NCBI GenBank assembly: GCA_964595645.1
Contig: CAZQQT010000002.1
Coordinates: 128,001-192,000 of the forward strand
Origin: an uncultured Thermococci archaeon
GTDB lineage: Archaea > Methanobacteriota_B > Thermococci > Methanofastidiosales > B48-G16
Direction: 5' to 3'
Length of the DNA: 64,000 nt
A program made the position numbers and the translations under genes. Shown here one piece after another: positions 61,856 to 64,000 of the stretch. A model generated the notes under the pieces. It was not told where the DNA came from. It saw only the letters and a list, made by a program, of their open reading frames with translations, and ran no database searches. The first letter of the stretch is position 1, and each line of letters begins with the position of its first letter.

Positions 61856-61928
61856 GGCCAGGGCCGGGATTTGAACCCGAGTCAAAGGATCCACAGTCCT
61901 TTAGGATAACCGCTACCCTACCCCAGCC
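61856..61928 (-). tRNA. tRNA-His(GUG) with encoded G-1; CCA not encoded
   Basis: Cloverleaf; anticodon arm AAGGA-CTGTGGA-TCCTT; GGTTCAAATCC; C73. Confidence 0.95.
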
Positions 61929-62033
61929 ATTGTTACCTCTGTTACTCGTTTTGCTTTTAAAAGGTTACTGTTAACCACACAGCAAAGAATTTATAGCTGG
62001 ATATAGTAATGCAGAGTAAGCGAGGAATGATCC

Positions 62034-62366
62034 ATGGAATCTACATCACCTCTTAAAAGTAGATATAATCAGTTCAAACATCATGCATGGGCAGGTCTCG
62101 GAGCGCTCTCCTTATTTTTTGCAGCAACACGATTTTTTTCAGTTCCGGATACCCTAGCTGCAGTAATCACTACGATACTAACGATCTACGCAGGCACTGC
62201 ACTGGTCCTCACGTACAGATATAGAAAAGAATTTTATCTGAAGGAGGTTGACACCCTGGAGGGAAAAGAAAAGGAAAAATTGGAAAAAAAGAAAGCAAAA
62301 AATGAAGAAAAAATACAAAAAAAGAAATTAAAAGCAGAATTAAAGGCGCAAAAAAAGCTAGAGTGA
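62034..62366 (+). CDS. Two-TM membrane protein with Lys-rich tail
   Basis: GAGGA SD, two hydrophobic helices, basic coiled tail. Confidence 0.65.
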   Translation: MESTSPLKSRYNQFKHHAWAGLGALSLFFAATRFFSVPDTLAAVITTILTIYAGTALVLTYRYRKEFYLKEVDTLEGKEKEKLEKKKAKNEEKIQKKKLKAELKAQKKLE

Positions 62367-62444
62367 CCGTAAACAAACTACTTCCATCTGGAACACTTTT
62401 ATGTCCCCATCATATTTAAATAACTCTCTGTGCCTTGTATTAGT

Positions 62445-62561
62445 ATGGAGCTCGATGAGTATGTGTATCTGGCGCTCATCCTTGTGATACTCTTTTGGTT
62501 GCGAGATCTGACCAAACGGATCTGGAATCTCGAGAAAAAGATAAAAAACAAGCCCTCGTAG
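62445..62561 (+). CDS. Putative 38-aa single-TM protein MELDEYVYLALILVILFWLRDLTKRIWNLEKKIKNKPS
   Basis: ATG 30 nt from TTTAAATA (leaderless); acidic-hydrophobic-basic layout; stop codon lies inside tRNA-Arg. Confidence 0.6.
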   Translation: MELDEYVYLALILVILFWLRDLTKRIWNLEKKIKNKPS

Positions 62562-62623
62562 TCTAGCGGATAGGACAGTGGCCTGCGGAGCCGCAAACCC
62601 GGGTTCGAATCCCGGCGAGGGCA
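62552..62623 (+). tRNA. tRNA-Arg(GCG)
   Basis: GCCCTCG/CGAGGGC acceptor stem, anticodon arm GTGGC-CTGCGGA-GCCGC, GGTTCGAATCC. Confidence 0.95.
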
Positions 62624-62876
62624 TAGCACCCTTAATATAACTTCAACAGTAAAACTATTAAAGGGACGTTCCGAAAATATCCATGGCAGAAACTTCTCTC
62701 TATGATTATAACTCTACTATTTTCCTATTTAGTAAGTTTAGAAGAAGTCTAATTAGCAATATTAAAGACAAATTTCCCATATTCATCGGAAGGTTCTTTT
62801 GTTCACTCTCTGTCCCGCAAACTTTTTATATTTATAAGAAATCAAGGGTAGTATACAATATCAAGAGAGGCCCGTT

Positions 62877-63440
62877 ATGACAAAACGAAAAAGTAAAAAA
62901 CAAAAAGAGATATTACAGGAGCTTTTAAGAGATAGCAACCAGTCATGTAGTAAAATTGCAGAGAAGCTTGGAATGCATCATAATACAGTGAAGAAATATA
63001 TTTCAGAGTATGAAAAAGAACAAATTATTTTGGGCAATAGTTGTGATATTGCATTTGAAAAAATTGCTAGCACGTATATGGTCTTGATTCGGTGCACCCC
63101 CCTGGGAAAAGAAGATTATAAACTTTTAAAAAAAAGGATAGAGAATGAAAAGTTAAATACAGCAAAATTAAAAGTTATAGACTCTTTTTTCACTGTAGGA
63201 GAGTTTCAGAACGTTTTGCTTGTAATGTGTACGAATGTGTCTGAACTCCAAAAATATTTGAATTTTCTTGTAAAACATTACGCAACATTTATCCAATCCT
63301 ACGTTGTACTTCAAGTTTCACGAACAAACCAAAGGAATCTTCATCCTAACTTAGACTGGAGAGGATTGATGGAGCTAGTAGAGTTTGAAGAAGATGAATC
63401 ATCATCTGCGAATGAAAAGGTACTGGTGAAAGAGGACTAA
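62877..63440 (+). CDS. Lrp/AsnC family transcriptional regulator
   Basis: N-terminal HTH (IAEKLGMHHNTV) followed by a RAM-like domain. Confidence 0.75.
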   Translation: MTKRKSKKQKEILQELLRDSNQSCSKIAEKLGMHHNTVKKYISEYEKEQIILGNSCDIAFEKIASTYMVLIRCTPLGKEDYKLLKKRIENEKLNTAKLKVIDSFFTVGEFQNVLLVMCTNVSELQKYLNFLVKHYATFIQSYVVLQVSRTNQRNLHPNLDWRGLMELVEFEEDESSSANEKVLVKED

Positions 63441-63739
63441 TTCTTATCAAATGATATCAAGTTAAAGGTTCTTTTAGATCATCAGGTATTTCTGTCTTAT
63501 TCTTCTATTTCTAATAAGATATAACTTTCAGATTTCATATAATCGTTAATAATGATTATCAGAAATCTATAAATACTTTTAAAATAGATCCAAGATGGAT
63601 ATTTAAAGAAAAAAAATGAATAATTATAGCAATTTAAATATGCTGTATTATGAAAACTTCAAAATAGAAATTTGAGTTATACCACTATCATAGATCTATA
63701 TGGCAAGAAATTAATTAAAAAACAAGAGGATAGACACTC

Positions 63740-64000
63740 ATGAGCCTACGTAATTCCTTATCCGTTTCCCCGAAAATAGTCTTGGTTATTGGAGTAGTAG
63801 CAGTCTCAACAGCCCCCATATTTATAAGGTTAGCACAAAGGGAGGTACCTTCATTGGCTATAGCCACATGGCGTATGACATTAGCTTCTTTTTTCTTGTT
63901 ACCTTTCGTTTTTAGAAGAGGACAAATAAAAGTAAAAAAGCTAAAAAGAGTAAAATGGGGTTTTATGGTAATTTCTGGCCTTTTTTTAGCAATACATTTC
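63740..64000 (+). CDS. EamA/DMT family transporter, 5' part
   Basis: Manual translation ...VVAVSTAPIFIRLA...AIATWRM...SGLFLAIHF. Confidence 0.8.
   Translation, partial: MSLRNSLSVSPKIVLVIGVVAVSTAPIFIRLAQREVPSLAIATWRMTLASFFLLPFVFRRGQIKVKKLKRVKWGFMVISGLFLAIHF

Noticed and set aside
62009-62021. 13-nt match ATGCAGAGTAAGC to the trp leader 5' end
   Set aside because: Matches of this length are expected by chance in 64 kb and the flanks are not similar
62358-62629. Minus-strand ORFs of 88 and 76 aa
   Set aside because: Shadow ORFs antisense to tRNA-Arg
1-64000. Prophage, transposase, integrase, CRISPR-Cas or reverse transcriptase systems
   Set aside because: No such genes, arrays or att duplications seen, including next to the two tRNAs

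Overview
Archaeal chromosomal segment: archaeal histone, archaeal ThrRS, class I CCA enzyme, NAC, BRE/TATA promoters and GGAGG/GGTGA Shine-Dalgarno (SD) sites. A Thermococci-related euryarchaeote such as Theionarchaea or Methanofastidiosa is inferred, not shown. Bases 1-13.2 kb hold three head-to-tail minus-strand aromatic amino acid operons: trpEGDCFBA, pheA-tyrA, and DAHPS-aroB-aroD-aroE-aroK-aroA. The main observation is that each operon has its own promoter followed by a short leader ORF missing from the ORF track. The aro leader (41 aa) and pheA-tyrA leader (38 aa) are paralogous, sharing CxDxGGxDY[DE]Fx[WF]xSF. Their aromatic codons match the regulated pathway: Y/F/W/F for the common pathway and Y/F/F/F for the Phe/Tyr branch. 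Both bury an internal SD plus +1-frame AUG in a co-varying hairpin, which suggests ribosome-mediated attenuation in an archaeon. The trp leader has Trp-containing uORFs, competing helices and TGTACA-type boxes. The rest of the window has an ABC/COG1361 cassette, a two-subunit tungsten oxidoreductase, an XrtG-like exosortase cassette with glycosyltransferases, a 2155-aa Cys-rich surface protein, a PAS/GAF kinase with a perfect 75-bp internal duplication, housekeeping genes, an unannotated desulforedoxin-like mini-protein, a heliorhodopsin followed by a long hairpin, tRNA-His, and tRNA-Arg overlapped by a small membrane-protein ORF. All family assignments come from motif recognition by eye; no searches were run.
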